A stretch of DNA of 64,000 bases from Eledone cirrhosa (taxonomy: Eukaryota): positions 12,028,001-12,092,000 of the forward strand of contig OZ024746.1 of NCBI GenBank assembly GCA_964016885.1, given 5' to 3'. The position numbers and the translations under genes are program-made. Of this stretch, positions 63,851-64,000 are shown in pieces. The notes beneath the pieces are model-generated. The model had not been told where the DNA came from and did no database searches. It was given only the letters and a program-made list of their open reading frames with translations. Numbering within the stretch: the first letter of the stretch is position 1; the number at the start of each line of letters is the position of its first letter.

Positions 63851-64000
63851 AAGGGTGATGGAATTGCAGGAACAGTCGAGAAGTTACCCTAAATATCTTG
63901 CAGTTTATAGTTATGACCATTGATTGCCCTAACCCATAAACAAAACACACATACACAGAAAATCAAAATCAACCTTGAACTAAGCCAGCTATGAACCAAC

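Overview
This is AT-rich, repeat-dense metazoan genomic DNA. The SINE, RTE and MITE families point to an octopus or other cephalopod genome (inference). The only host protein-coding sequence I can support is three short + strand GT-AG exons (58632-58730, 61386-61426, 62489-62544). They splice in frame into the N-terminal SH3 domain of a DOCK3/DOCK4 (DOCK-B/Sponge) Rac-GEF, and the ORF track misses them. The preceding ~58 kb is most likely a very large first intron or upstream region. It contains a tRNA-derived SINE with ATTAT-initiated target-site duplications, an RTE-tailed short element, two TTAA-flanked piggyBac-type MITE families, a mariner MITE, decayed RTE/CR1 LINE fragments and many micro- and minisatellites. 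The long ORFs in the track (22.5-24.1 kb, 41.0-44.5 kb, 48.2-49.1 kb) are by-products of tandem repeats. Most notable observations: (i) minimal type I hammerhead ribozyme motifs, one at the apex of a perfect 63-bp-arm palindrome and one followed by AATAAA, typical of Penelope-like element ends; (ii) two large, independently homogenised 48-bp arrays that grew from the same internal unit of one short retroelement, plus a 41-bp array grown inside a MITE; (iii) repeated SINE re-insertion into the same ATTAT target sites.
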